This document shows, in pieces, positions 36,887 through 46,521 of a DNA stretch of 64,000 nucleotides. Position 1 is the first letter of the stretch; each line of letters begins with the position of its first letter. Origin of the DNA: Candidatus Hadarchaeota archaeon (GTDB lineage Archaea; CAYQAE01; CAYVLA01); the NCBI GenBank assembly GCA_964621445.1, contig CAZUNO010000001.1:72496-136495 (forward strand). Direction: 5' to 3'. Position numbers and translations under genes: made by a program. The notes under the pieces are model-generated. The model saw nothing but the letters and a program-made list of their open reading frames with translations. It made no database searches and was not told the DNA's origin.

Positions 36887-38845
36887 ATGGAGGAAATCGG
36901 GTTAGAAGTAGACGGCAAGGCAGTTTCTGGCCAAAATGGGTCTACGATCCTTGAAATTTGCCAGAAGAATGACATTTACATCCCAACTTTATGCCATCTA
37001 GAGGGGCTAACCAGCTACGGTGGGTGCCGTCTATGCCTGGTGGAAGTCAAGGATCAGGGAATGGTTCCCGGCTGCACGACACCTGTATCCGATGGAATGA
37101 AAATAAAGACGAGGGGAAGAAAACTTGCTGATTACAGGAAAACTATCCTTGAACTCCTTCTAAGCGAGAGAAACCATTTCTGTTTCATGTGTGAAAAGAG
37201 CGGCGACTGTGAACTACAGTCCCTCTGTTATGAGTTTGGAATAGATCACTCACGGTTCCCACCAGCCTTTCCATCCCTCGCCGTGGATACCAGCGTGGGA
37301 GACATGGTTGTGGATAATAATAGGTGCATACTTTGTGGAAGATGCATTAGGGTTTGTTCAGAGATCATCGGTAACAATACCTTGGGATTCATCAATCGGG
37401 GGTCAGATACGGTCATAGATGAACCCGATCTTTTGCCCCTTGAGGAGTCGAATTGCGTAAAATGTGGTGCATGTATTGAGGTCTGTCCCACTGGAGCCAT
37501 ATTTGGCACGCTAAGCAGCTACAGAGGGCGTGAAGAGGAATGCGAGGTGTTAACCACCACATGCCAGGAGTGTCCAATGGCTTGCAAGCTTAAGGTATTT
37601 GTAAAGGACCAGAACATCATAAAGGTTTGCGGGGGCGGTCTTGGTGAAAGATACGGGGGGCAGCTCTGCGAAAAGGGCAGATTCCATCTTCTTCTTGATT
37701 CCGGTAGCCGGATCCAAAATCCCAGCATCAATAAGGACGGGAGAAAGCTTGATTGTGACATGTCAACCGCCATAGCGCGCGCGGCTAAGGGTCTCTCCCG
37801 GTGGTCTGGGAATTCGGGCCAGTTAGCAATTATTGCATCACCTCGATGTACCAATGAGACTTTCAAGAAGCTGGCAGAACTCTCGATCGAACTTGGAGCA
37901 AGTAAAATAATCCTTCTTGAGCCGTGCCTCAGTGTTCTCAGCTGGAAAATTATGGAAGATGAAAGGAAGGGGGATACCGTATCTGGGTTTGGAATTGAGG
38001 ACATCTCGTCTGCAGACACCATCCTGCTATTGGGCCTTGGCCCGGATGAGCCACATCAGATCATAGCCTCGGAAATAAGGAAGGCCCTGAATCATGGTGG
38101 AAGTCTAGTTAGTATAGGGCGCATGGAACATGTCTTGACCGAGAGAGCCGATCTTGATATTCGGCTTCTAGAGGGGGATTTTGCAGGCCTAATGGATTGT
38201 CTGGCACCGGTGGTTGAGTTCGCAAGGACCGGGAAGGTCTCCGAAGCGGAAAAGGCCGCCAGCCGAACGGCCAGGTGCTCCGGCTTAAGCGTGGAGGACA
38301 TATTCGCTCTTACGGAATATCTAAAGGCGGGATCAAGGGTGGCAGTTATTGCTGGCCAGGAAATCGAATGTGATCGTGCACTCCTGAAATCCATTGTCAG
38401 GCTAGCGGCTTCTTTCAGGGAAAGCGAGGAGGAAGATACTCCCATAATTTGGCTTCGTCAGGGGGGAAATGCTGCGGGAGCTCTTAGTTACCTCGGTGGG
38501 CTTGGAGTTAAGGGGACCCCTGTCGATGTCAGTAGCATAAGAGCTGCGTATGCCTTATTGGCCGATGATGATGCCAAAAAGATGAAAAGGCTGGGCCTGG
38601 ACCCGGATTTCCTGGTATACCATGGATCTTTTGAATCCGAACTTAGCCAAGATGCAGACGTGGTAATACCCTCCAAGACGTGGTGTACTAGATCAGGGAC
38701 CGTTTTTGATTTGGATGGCAAAAAGAGGATCATAAGTCCGGTGGTTGATGACTTTGCCGATGATGTCCCCCAGGATGATAGGGTACTGGAACGTTTGAAG
38801 GAGATGTTAGTATCCGATCAAACAGAAAGGGGGAAGATCGATTGA
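36887..38845 (+). CDS. NuoG/HydA-like Fe-S subunit with a degenerate molybdopterin-oxidoreductase C-terminal domain
   Basis: [2Fe-2S] PTLCH..CRLC..C; His-ligated HFCFMC..C; two [4Fe-4S] CILCGRC and CVKCGAC; CQECPMAC..LCEKG; ASPRCTNE. Confidence 0.88.
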   Translation: MEEIGLEVDGKAVSGQNGSTILEICQKNDIYIPTLCHLEGLTSYGGCRLCLVEVKDQGMVPGCTTPVSDGMKIKTRGRKLADYRKTILELLLSERNHFCFMCEKSGDCELQSLCYEFGIDHSRFPPAFPSLAVDTSVGDMVVDNNRCILCGRCIRVCSEIIGNNTLGFINRGSDTVIDEPDLLPLEESNCVKCGACIEVCPTGAIFGTLSSYRGREEECEVLTTTCQECPMACKLKVFVKDQNIIKVCGGGLGERYGGQLCEKGRFHLLLDSGSRIQNPSINKDGRKLDCDMSTAIARAAKGLSRWSGNSGQLAIIASPRCTNETFKKLAELSIELGASKIILLEPCLSVLSWKIMEDERKGDTVSGFGIEDISSADTILLLGLGPDEPHQIIASEIRKALNHGGSLVSIGRMEHVLTERADLDIRLLEGDFAGLMDCLAPVVEFARTGKVSEAEKAASRTARCSGLSVEDIFALTEYLKAGSRVAVIAGQEIECDRALLKSIVRLAASFRESEEEDTPIIWLRQGGNAAGALSYLGGLGVKGTPVDVSSIRAAYALLADDDAKKMKRLGLDPDFLVYHGSFESELSQDADVVIPSKTWCTRSGTVFDLDGKKRIISPVVDDFADDVPQDDRVLERLKEMLVSDQTERGKID

Positions 38846-39402
38846 AAAAATGGAGAATAGCCACTGCCTGGCTTGGAGGTTGTTCCGGCTGTCACATGTC
38901 TTTGTTGAATATTGATGATGTCTTCATTGATTTAGCCGGGAAAGTTGAATTCGTCAAGAGCCCAATCGTTGATATGAAGAATTTCGATGAATGCGATATA
39001 GCTATCGTGGAGGGAGCCGTGGCAGATGAGGATGATTTGCGAGAGCTGAAGGAAATGAGGGAAAAATCGGAGACCCTAATCGCTCTCGGTGATTGTGCCG
39101 TATTTGGGGGTATGACCGCTTTTCGGAATCTATTTGAAAAGGACGAGGTGTTGAGAAGGGGATACGTGGAAACGGAAACCACAAAAAAAGGAAGAATCCC
39201 GAAAGGGAAAGATGTGCCCGGGCTACTGGATCAGGCGGAGCCCCTTGGTGCCCATGTCAAGGTAGATCTCTACATACCAGGTTGCCCTCCAGATGCAGAA
39301 TCCATATCCTTCGTGTTGATGAACCTAATAGAGGGAAAGATGGCTTCCCTTCCGCCGAAAATGATACACTTTGATTCTAAGAGAAGACTCCGGAGGACCT
39401 GA
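38842..39402 (+). CDS. hoxY: NiFe hydrogenase small subunit (HoxY/HydS type, single cluster)
   Basis: WLGGCSGCHMS, VEGAV, GDCA, IPGCPP; 186 aa. Confidence 0.92.
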   Translation: MKKWRIATAWLGGCSGCHMSLLNIDDVFIDLAGKVEFVKSPIVDMKNFDECDIAIVEGAVADEDDLRELKEMREKSETLIALGDCAVFGGMTAFRNLFEKDEVLRRGYVETETTKKGRIPKGKDVPGLLDQAEPLGAHVKVDLYIPGCPPDAESISFVLMNLIEGKMASLPPKMIHFDSKRRLRRT

Positions 39403-39404
39403 AT

Positions 39405-40832
39405 ATGCAAGATGAGACGGAAATCAAGATAGACCCTGTCACCAGAGTGGAAGGCCACGGAAAGATTACCGTTGAGTTGGACGAAGATGGTTCCGCTAAA
39501 AAAGCAAGATTCCACGTGACCCAGTATCGAGGATTTGAGAAGTTTTGTGAAGGCAGGCCATTCTGGGAAATGCCCTCAATCACCGCACGTATTTGCGGAA
39601 TATGCAGTATAAGCCATGGAATAGCATCCGCCAAGGCCTGTGATGGAGTGATGGGCGTTGAAATCACGGAAAGCGCAGAAAAATTGAGGAGACTGCTGCA
39701 GGCCGGTGAGATAATACAGTCACATGCCCTCCATTTCTTCTATCTAGCGAGCCCCGATCTCCTTTTTGGTCTGGAATCCGATCCAGCGACGAGAAATATA
39801 GTTGGAGTAATCGATGAAAGACCTGACCTGGCTAAGATGGGTATAGGACTCAGGAAATTTGGACAAATGATATTCCAAAAACTCAGTGGAGGCCGAATTC
39901 ATATCGATTATCCGGTTGCTGGCGGGGTAAATGCCTCGATGTCAGAGGAAGGTCGTGAATACCTAAGGCGAGAAGTCGCAAAGCAGATAGATTCGGCAAG
40001 TGCAGGCTTGGATTTGGCCAAGAAGTATTGCTTAGAGGGTGGGAAGGAAACCAAATCATTCGCTCGATTTCCATCCATGTACATGGGATTGGTTAATTCC
40101 TCTGGGAATCTGGAGTTCTACGAGGGGAATATACGTTTGAAGGACACTAACGGAATGTTACTAGAGGAGGCCGGGTCAGAAGAATACGACTCCGTAATTT
40201 CTGAAGCGGTGGAGGATTGGTCCTATCTGAAGTTCCCATACTATTCAAGGAGGGACTACCCCGATGGCATGTACAGAGTTGGTCCCCTGGGAAGATTGAA
40301 TGTTTGTGATGGGATAGATACTCCCCTGGCTTCGGAGGCCCTGGAGGAGTTCCGCGAATGTGGAGATGATCTTCCCATCGACTCGACCATGTTCTATCAC
40401 TGGGCTCGAATGATCGAGACATTGCATTTCGTGGAAAAGGTTCAGCAGCTCCTGGAAGATGACGCGATTACCGGGAAGGATCTAGTTAGGACCTCGAAGC
40501 CAAGGAACCGGGAGGGAATCGGGGTGACCGAGGCCCCAAGAGGGACCCTAATTCACCATTATTGGACTGACTGTAAAGGAGCTATAGAGAGGATAAATCT
40601 GATAGTGGCTACCGGTCACAATAATCTAGCTATGAATAGATCAGTGACCGAGATTGCCAAAAAATACATATCGGATTCTCAGGTTCCCGAAGGTACCCTA
40701 AACAAGCTGGAAGCGGCCATCAGATGTTACGATCCCTGTTTGTCCTGCAGTACACATGCAATAGGCCGGATGCCCCTGAAGCTACAGACCTTTGATTCCC
40801 GAGGAAACCTGGTCGAACAGATCTCCAGATGA
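39405..40832 (+). CDS. hoxH: Group 3 NiFe hydrogenase large subunit (HoxH/HydL)
   Basis: TRVEGHG, RGFE, L1 RICGIC, EAPRGTLIHHY, L2 DPCLSCSTH plus a cleavable C-terminal extension. Confidence 0.95.
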   Translation: MQDETEIKIDPVTRVEGHGKITVELDEDGSAKKARFHVTQYRGFEKFCEGRPFWEMPSITARICGICSISHGIASAKACDGVMGVEITESAEKLRRLLQAGEIIQSHALHFFYLASPDLLFGLESDPATRNIVGVIDERPDLAKMGIGLRKFGQMIFQKLSGGRIHIDYPVAGGVNASMSEEGREYLRREVAKQIDSASAGLDLAKKYCLEGGKETKSFARFPSMYMGLVNSSGNLEFYEGNIRLKDTNGMLLEEAGSEEYDSVISEAVEDWSYLKFPYYSRRDYPDGMYRVGPLGRLNVCDGIDTPLASEALEEFRECGDDLPIDSTMFYHWARMIETLHFVEKVQQLLEDDAITGKDLVRTSKPRNREGIGVTEAPRGTLIHHYWTDCKGAIERINLIVATGHNNLAMNRSVTEIAKKYISDSQVPEGTLNKLEAAIRCYDPCLSCSTHAIGRMPLKLQTFDSRGNLVEQISR

Positions 40833-40973
40833 ACAAGCTGTCGAGAGTGCGGCGGTTTGGAATTACAAATTGTCGCGAGTTGGCACCATTAACAATAACG
40901 GAAAGCTTTAAAGTAAGGAATGGGTCCATCAGCCAATCGAAGTTCTTAGTAAACGACTTGGAGAGTTATATGA

Positions 40974-41462
40974 ATGATCGGACAAAAAATGCAGGATGCA
41001 CTGAATGAACAGATAAAGCACGAACTTGAATCTGGTTATCTATATCTGTCCATGGCAACCTACTTTCATGATGCAGGTCTTGATGGAATGGCGAAGTGGA
41101 TGAAGGCCCAGGCTTTGGAAGAACAGGAACATGCCATGAAGATATTTGATCATATAATAGAAAGAGGTGGCAGAGTCAATTTGAAGGCTCTCGCCGAACC
41201 TCAGAAGGAATGGGAATCACCACTGGAGGCCTTCAAGGCCGCTTACGATCATGAGATGTTCATTACCTCAAAGATTGATGAACTCGTAGACCTGGCCAAA
41301 AAGGAGAATGATCATCCCGCTGAGAGTATGCTGGAATGGTTCGTTGATGAACAGGTCGAGGAAGAGGATAGTGCGTCGAGCATCGTCTCACTTTTGGAAC
41401 GGGCAAGTGACTCCGGTAACGGGCTGGTAATGGTTGATCGCGAGCTGGGGAAGAGGGAATAA
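40974..41462 (+). CDS. ftn: Non-heme ferritin
   Basis: ALNEQIKHE, YLSMA, EEQEHA, WFVDEQVEEE ferroxidase residues. Confidence 0.95.
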   Translation: MIGQKMQDALNEQIKHELESGYLYLSMATYFHDAGLDGMAKWMKAQALEEQEHAMKIFDHIIERGGRVNLKALAEPQKEWESPLEAFKAAYDHEMFITSKIDELVDLAKKENDHPAESMLEWFVDEQVEEEDSASSIVSLLERASDSGNGLVMVDRELGKRE

Positions 41463-41495
41463 TTCTCTAGAGCCAAATGATGGAGATGAATTACC

Positions 41496-41660
41496 GTGGA
41501 CAAATACGAATGTACGGTGTGTGGATACGTCTATGACCCAGAAAAAGGCGATCCAGATTCAGGCATAGAGCCCGGTACTCCCTTTAAGGACCTTCCCGAC
41601 GACTGGGTATGCCCGGTTTGTGGCGTTGGAAAGGACGAATTCGAAAAGTTAGAGGACTAG
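41496..41660 (+). CDS. rub: Rubredoxin (54 aa)
   Basis: Below the ORF-track cutoff. GTG start; [54 protein letters not shown]. Confidence 0.95.
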   Translation: MDKYECTVCGYVYDPEKGDPDSGIEPGTPFKDLPDDWVCPVCGVGKDEFEKLED

Positions 41661-41666
41661 GCCTAA

Positions 41667-42479
41667 TTATTCGAATATCTCCTTGCTACGGGAAGTAGTC
41701 AATGGCATCCGTTCTATCTGGCCGGAGAGCACGCTGGTTACTATCTGCATGTCCTCTTGGACCTCCATTGGATTTGAGAAACCAATGGATACGGCATCCT
41801 CGGGTTTAATATTTCCTAGAACAAAGGGTAGACCAACTTCAGGGGTCAGCCGAGCGGCGGCGAGGGGCTTGATTATCATTAGAGGTTTGGGGGTATTATT
41901 GATTACTCGTTGGACCCATTCTACCTCCACATTGGATAGAAAACCGATGGAGTTGAACGGTAGGACATAGGTCTCAACATCCTCGTCCGACTTATCCATG
42001 GTGACAACCGTTTCAGGTCTATGGGTGCTAAGTCCGGGTATCATTCCCCTGTCTCTTATCTTGCCCACCAGCTGATGATAGCCTATCAGCCTATTTTCAG
42101 ATGGTACTAGGTTATTATCGGTGTAATTTTGATGGGGCATACATATCTCAACATCGTGATCCGAGCACCACTTGATGCCCCTTTTCACCTCCGAGATCGA
42201 GGAGCCTCCGGGCGTGCATATCCAATGCATATTATAGCCCTTTTCTCTTAAATTCAAGATTATGGGGTGAAGTCTTTCCTGTATTCCGCTCAAAATGCAA
42301 TTAATCCCCAATCGACAACCCTCCTCCATTACCTCCTCAATACGGCTATCCGTGAAATACCGGCGCATCCACATATCACGTGATCTTGTGAAGTGGGAGT
42401 ATCCAAAGAAGGGGTTCGAGCCACAGATTATTCTTGATATCTTGAGCCCGTCGATCCTCGTGTACTGCATCTCTGACAT
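41667..42479 (-). CDS. Aldo/keto-reductase-like TIM-barrel protein
   Basis: ISRIICGSNPF, PGLSTH, IIKPLAA. Confidence 0.65.
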   Translation of the reverse strand: MSEMQYTRIDGLKISRIICGSNPFFGYSHFTRSRDMWMRRYFTDSRIEEVMEEGCRLGINCILSGIQERLHPIILNLREKGYNMHWICTPGGSSISEVKRGIKWCSDHDVEICMPHQNYTDNNLVPSENRLIGYHQLVGKIRDRGMIPGLSTHRPETVVTMDKSDEDVETYVLPFNSIGFLSNVEVEWVQRVINNTPKPLMIIKPLAAARLTPEVGLPFVLGNIKPEDAVSIGFSNPMEVQEDMQIVTSVLSGQIERMPLTTSRSKEIFE

Positions 42480-42536
42480 GAATCAATACAAATCTTGATA
42501 TCGCTAAAAAGCTTTTCCGGGGGTATTGGTTTGGAC

Positions 42537-42779
42537 CTAATCTTCATATTCCTTGCTAAAGGCACCGGGACCGTCCTCAAAATCAATATTGCGGAGTACC
42601 TCTCTCTTACCGCAATTCTCACATACCCTCATAATACACCCCTTTCCTATGGAAACGTCTCCCGCTATACCTGTGGGTGGCCTGAGCTCATCGTCAAAAT
42701 ACCGAAGAAGATCGGTTCCCACGTAAACTATCTTCCACTCGTGCTCTCTCTTTTCCCTGGACCAGAAGGGGAACTTCAA
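42537..42779 (-). CDS. Small putative metal-binding protein
   Basis: HEW...C....CENCG; 80 aa. Confidence 0.5.
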   Translation of the reverse strand: MKFPFWSREKREHEWKIVYVGTDLLRYFDDELRPPTGIAGDVSIGKGCIMRVCENCGKREVLRNIDFEDGPGAFSKEYED

Positions 42780-42867
42780 TGGGTATCCCAGCCTCTATTT
42801 CCTTGAGAGTAAGATTCACATACCATTATTATGCTCCCAACCGGGGTTATGATTTGAATCTCTTAGG

Positions 42868-44121
42868 GTGGTTGAATCTATGAATGTTATCCCTTCCTCC
42901 GAGCTGCGTGAATTTGCCAGGGAAAATGAGAAGGAAATTCTTAATTTCCTGACCGATTTGATAAAGATACCTAGTACTTTGGGGAACGAGGAGAAAGCGC
43001 AGCGTTATGTAGCGAGGGAAATCCGGGATTTGGGTTACGAGGTGGAATTTATTCCAATTCCCGAGGAGATTAGGAGGGACGAGGAGTATACGGACCATGA
43101 CAGGGATATATCCTATCAGGACCGACACAATTTGATAATTACCCACGGCGGCGGTGATGGTAGAGATGTGATCTTGAATACCCATGTTGATGTTGTACCG
43201 TCCGGTTCTTGGAGTTCAGCATTTACCCCTGAATTCCAAGGCGGAACGGTCATAGGACGGGGGGCCGTGGATTGCAAGGGACAGATCGCCAGCATGTATA
43301 CTTTACTTTTGATGCTGAGGGAGTTCGAAATAGAATTATCAGGAAAGCTATCATGTCAAATAGTAATTGAGGAGGAAATTGGGGGAAATGGCACTCTATC
43401 TCTGATTCGGAGTGGTCAAAAGGCAGATGGAGTAATTGTATTGGAGGGAACGGATTTAACGGTCTGCCCGGCAAACAGGGGCGCTGTGTGGTTCAAGGCC
43501 ACGGTAAAGGGGCATTCAACACACATGGCTCGAAAATTCGAGGGAATTAGTGCAATTGACAAGGCCGTGGATCTGATTGAGATACTCTATGGATATGAGT
43601 CAAAGCTTGCAGAGGAGAGCAAGGACCAACCTCTTTTCTCGGAGTACCAACATCCTGTTCAGGTAAATATCGGTAAGATGGAAGCAGGTGATTGGCCTGC
43701 AACGGTTCCTGAGACCTGTATAATGGAAGGAGGTATAGGCTTTCTTCCTAACAAAAATCTAGGTGAAATAAGAAAAGAGGTCCTGGAGTTACCGAAAAAT
43801 GATCAGTGGCTTGAAGAAAACGCTAAAATAGAATTCAACCGGCTTCATAATGACGCCTACAAAACTGAACCTGATCACCCGCTTGTCAGACAGATGGTCA
43901 GATCGGCCAGAAATGCCAAAATAGATACCAGGGTCAGGGGAATGATCGCCAGTTGTGATGCAAGGTTATTCAATAAGGTGGGTAACATGCCGACAATCGT
44001 CTTTGGTGCTGGGGATATAGATCAGGCCCACTCTCAAGGGGAAAGGGTTGAGGTGCTTGATATTATGAAATGTTCATGTTCCCTATTTGACTTCGTCTGT
44101 AACTGGTGTAAAGCGAGATGA
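42868..44121 (+). CDS. M20 family (ArgE/DapE) metallo-deacylase
   Basis: NTHVDVV, GRGAVDCKG, EEEIGG, SCDA, QAHSQGE. Confidence 0.92.
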   Translation: MVESMNVIPSSELREFARENEKEILNFLTDLIKIPSTLGNEEKAQRYVAREIRDLGYEVEFIPIPEEIRRDEEYTDHDRDISYQDRHNLIITHGGGDGRDVILNTHVDVVPSGSWSSAFTPEFQGGTVIGRGAVDCKGQIASMYTLLLMLREFEIELSGKLSCQIVIEEEIGGNGTLSLIRSGQKADGVIVLEGTDLTVCPANRGAVWFKATVKGHSTHMARKFEGISAIDKAVDLIEILYGYESKLAEESKDQPLFSEYQHPVQVNIGKMEAGDWPATVPETCIMEGGIGFLPNKNLGEIRKEVLELPKNDQWLEENAKIEFNRLHNDAYKTEPDHPLVRQMVRSARNAKIDTRVRGMIASCDARLFNKVGNMPTIVFGAGDIDQAHSQGERVEVLDIMKCSCSLFDFVCNWCKAR

Positions 44122-44149
44122 GGCAGTAAATTCCTATCTATTTCGGTCC

Positions 44150-44341
44150 TCATGTTGCCGTGGGGGTGCGATTCTTGCTTGAAGATGGGGAGGCATCCTC
44201 GTTTGGGTTCTCGGCGGCCTTCGAATTCGAGCAATGGTTAGCTCCAAGGTGTACACCCCACCTCAATCCAATGAGAAATCCTATGTAAGCACCCACTCCC
44301 GCAATGAGAATTACCTCGAGGGTTGTGGCATGGAGATTCAA
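44150..44341 (-). CDS. Small membrane protein
   Basis: N-terminal TM helix; AGGAG upstream of the ATG. Confidence 0.45.
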   Translation of the reverse strand: MNLHATTLEVILIAGVGAYIGFLIGLRWGVHLGANHCSNSKAAENPNEDASPSSSKNRTPTAT

Positions 44342-44510
44342 TCTGAAAAGCTCCTAATGATATTCTCAACTGCTATATCAGTTATTAAATATCGATTAAT
44401 GACAATATGAAATAATTGTGGTAATCGCAGCTTTCCTGGTTTACATGCGGTCCTTTGCCGGAGCACAATCATTAAGTACGATAGTCCGATCCAGATAGTC
44501 TAGTGATTTC

Positions 44511-45542
44511 ATGTATGGAGTAGGTATGCTGGGAGCTGGTTGGGTGGCAACCGAACACATCAACGCTTATCAAAAGAATCCGAAGACTGAAGTGGTTGCC
44601 GTTTGCTCAAGCTCCGAGGAAAGCGCCAGGAGAAAGATAAACGAGATGGAGATTTCGGCCGAAGTCTGCAAGACATATGATGAGATGCTGAAGAGAGAGG
44701 ATGTTGATATAATTTCCATTGGAACCCCGAACCACCTTCATTTCGAAGAGGTGATGAAGGGATCGGAGGCCGGTAAGCACATGTTGATAGAGAAACCGGC
44801 GGCACTGGAGGTTGATCAGCTGGCAAAGATGCGGGATTCCGTTCGTGAATCGGGTGTAAAAACGGTGGTTGGATTCGTATTGAGATGGAATCCGCTCTTT
44901 GAAACTATAAAATCAGTAATCGATGACGGGGCTCTTGGTTCGATCTTTTACGAGGAGACTGATTACCAGCATAATATTGGGGACTGGGCCCGCGGTTGGA
45001 ACTGGTATGGAAAGAAGGATCTGGGAGGAGGAAGCCTTCTGGGAGCAGGTATCCATGCCGTCGATGCTCTGCGTTGGTTTGGGGGTGAGGGACCAGAGGA
45101 AACCGTGGATATCGTCGAGGTACATTCATACTCCGGGGGCTATCGTCACCGGGCAGGCAAGATAGATTTCGATGGTTTTATTGTTTCCACCATGAAGCTG
45201 AGCAATGGCATTTTGGCCAAGGTTTCATCAAACTGGGATTGTGTTATGCCCTATCGGTTCCCGATCGAGATATTTGGAGATAAAGGAACTATAAAGAATA
45301 ATCGTCTTTACTCCGAGAAGTTTCCCGGCCAGACTGATTTCATGACTATCCCTACCATCCTTCCGGATTCTGGAGAGGTGAGTCACCATCCCTTCGTACC
45401 TGAGGTAAATCATCTCGTTGAATGCATAGAGAAGGATAAGGAAAGCCATTGTAATCTCCAAGATTCGATTAACACCCATGAGGCCTGCATAGCTGCCAAT
45501 ATGTCAGCGGAGACGGGAGATACGATAGAGCTACCACTGTAG
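44511..45542 (+). CDS. Gfo/Idh/MocA oxidoreductase
   Basis: GAGWVA, TPNHLH, IEKP, GIHAVD. Confidence 0.92.
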   Translation: MYGVGMLGAGWVATEHINAYQKNPKTEVVAVCSSSEESARRKINEMEISAEVCKTYDEMLKREDVDIISIGTPNHLHFEEVMKGSEAGKHMLIEKPAALEVDQLAKMRDSVRESGVKTVVGFVLRWNPLFETIKSVIDDGALGSIFYEETDYQHNIGDWARGWNWYGKKDLGGGSLLGAGIHAVDALRWFGGEGPEETVDIVEVHSYSGGYRHRAGKIDFDGFIVSTMKLSNGILAKVSSNWDCVMPYRFPIEIFGDKGTIKNNRLYSEKFPGQTDFMTIPTILPDSGEVSHHPFVPEVNHLVECIEKDKESHCNLQDSINTHEACIAANMSAETGDTIELPL

Positions 45543-45611
45543 CGCTCCGGTGCTTCATTCTCGGTGATATGGGAAAGAGATAGGTATCAATTAACAAATT
45601 GAATGGGGAGA

Positions 45612-46517
45612 TCATTTCTTCTTTACTTCGTGCCCTCCGAACTCCCTTCTCAGGGCTGCAAGCATCCTATCTGCGAAATCAGTATCATCTCTGGATTTGA
45701 TTCTCTCAATCAATGACATGGTTATGACTGGTGTGGCAACATCGTTCTTCATCGCCTCGATTACCGTCCATCGCCCCTCACCGGAGTCCTCAACAAACGG
45801 TGCAATACCCCTAAGCTCTGAGTCCCTCTTAAAAATTTTGGAGATAAGATCCAGAAGCGCTGACCTAATCACGCTGCCGTGTGACCATATATCGGCCACC
45901 TCTTGAAGGTCAAGATCGAAAGCTTTCTGGCCCTCCATAACCGCAAATCCCTCGGCATAGGCCTCCATGAGACCGTATTCTATTCCATTATGTATCATCT
46001 TAACGTAATGTCCAGCACCATTTGGCCCAACATGTCCCCAACCCTTTTCTGGGCCGGGCGCTAAGGCTTCAAAAATCGAGGTCAATTCTTTGACATTCTC
46101 AATATCGCCACCAATCATCAGGCTGTAGCCATTATTTCTGCCCCAGATTCCCCCACTGGTTCCAACATCTACCATATTGAATCCGTGATTCTTAAGCAAC
46201 CGCGATCTGCGTATGGTATCCTGGTAGTAGGAGTTCCCACCATCTATTATGGTGTCTCCCTCTTCCATATTGGGAATTAGCTGCCCTATGATTTCATCGA
46301 TGTCCGCACCGGCAGGTATCATTATCCAAATCGTCCGGGGGTTCTCGAGATAGGTAACCAGGTCTTCTAGACAGTTCGCCTGTCTCCCACCGGATTTGGA
46401 GAATTTGCTCCTCTTTTCCGGGTCCTTATCATATCCAACGACGGAAATCCCGGCCTCCATCAGCCTCATAGCGATGCCGGCGCCCATTCGTCCCAAACCA
46501 ATCATTCCAAGATTCAT
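45612..46517 (-). CDS. gnd: 6-phosphogluconate dehydrogenase, decarboxylating (short form)
   Basis: GLGRMG, IDGGNS, DVGTSGG, GHYVKMIHNGIEYG, DSGEGRW, RREFGGH. Confidence 0.95.
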   Translation of the reverse strand: MNLGMIGLGRMGAGIAMRLMEAGISVVGYDKDPEKRSKFSKSGGRQANCLEDLVTYLENPRTIWIMIPAGADIDEIIGQLIPNMEEGDTIIDGGNSYYQDTIRRSRLLKNHGFNMVDVGTSGGIWGRNNGYSLMIGGDIENVKELTSIFEALAPGPEKGWGHVGPNGAGHYVKMIHNGIEYGLMEAYAEGFAVMEGQKAFDLDLQEVADIWSHGSVIRSALLDLISKIFKRDSELRGIAPFVEDSGEGRWTVIEAMKNDVATPVITMSLIERIKSRDDTDFADRMLAALRREFGGHEVKKK

Positions 46518-46521
46518 CTCA

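Noticed and set aside
36887-38845. Formate dehydrogenase catalytic subunit
   Set aside because: The molybdopterin-like domain is short and degenerate with no recognisable Mo-ligand motif; it fits a NuoG/HydA-type scaffold.
39405-40832. NiFeSe hydrogenase
   Set aside because: L2 is DPCLSC with ordinary Cys codons; there is no in-frame TGA.
25522-45542. Genomic island integrated at tRNA-Leu
   Set aside because: Accessory-looking genes follow the tRNA, but I found no integrase and no repeat of the tRNA 3' end by eye.
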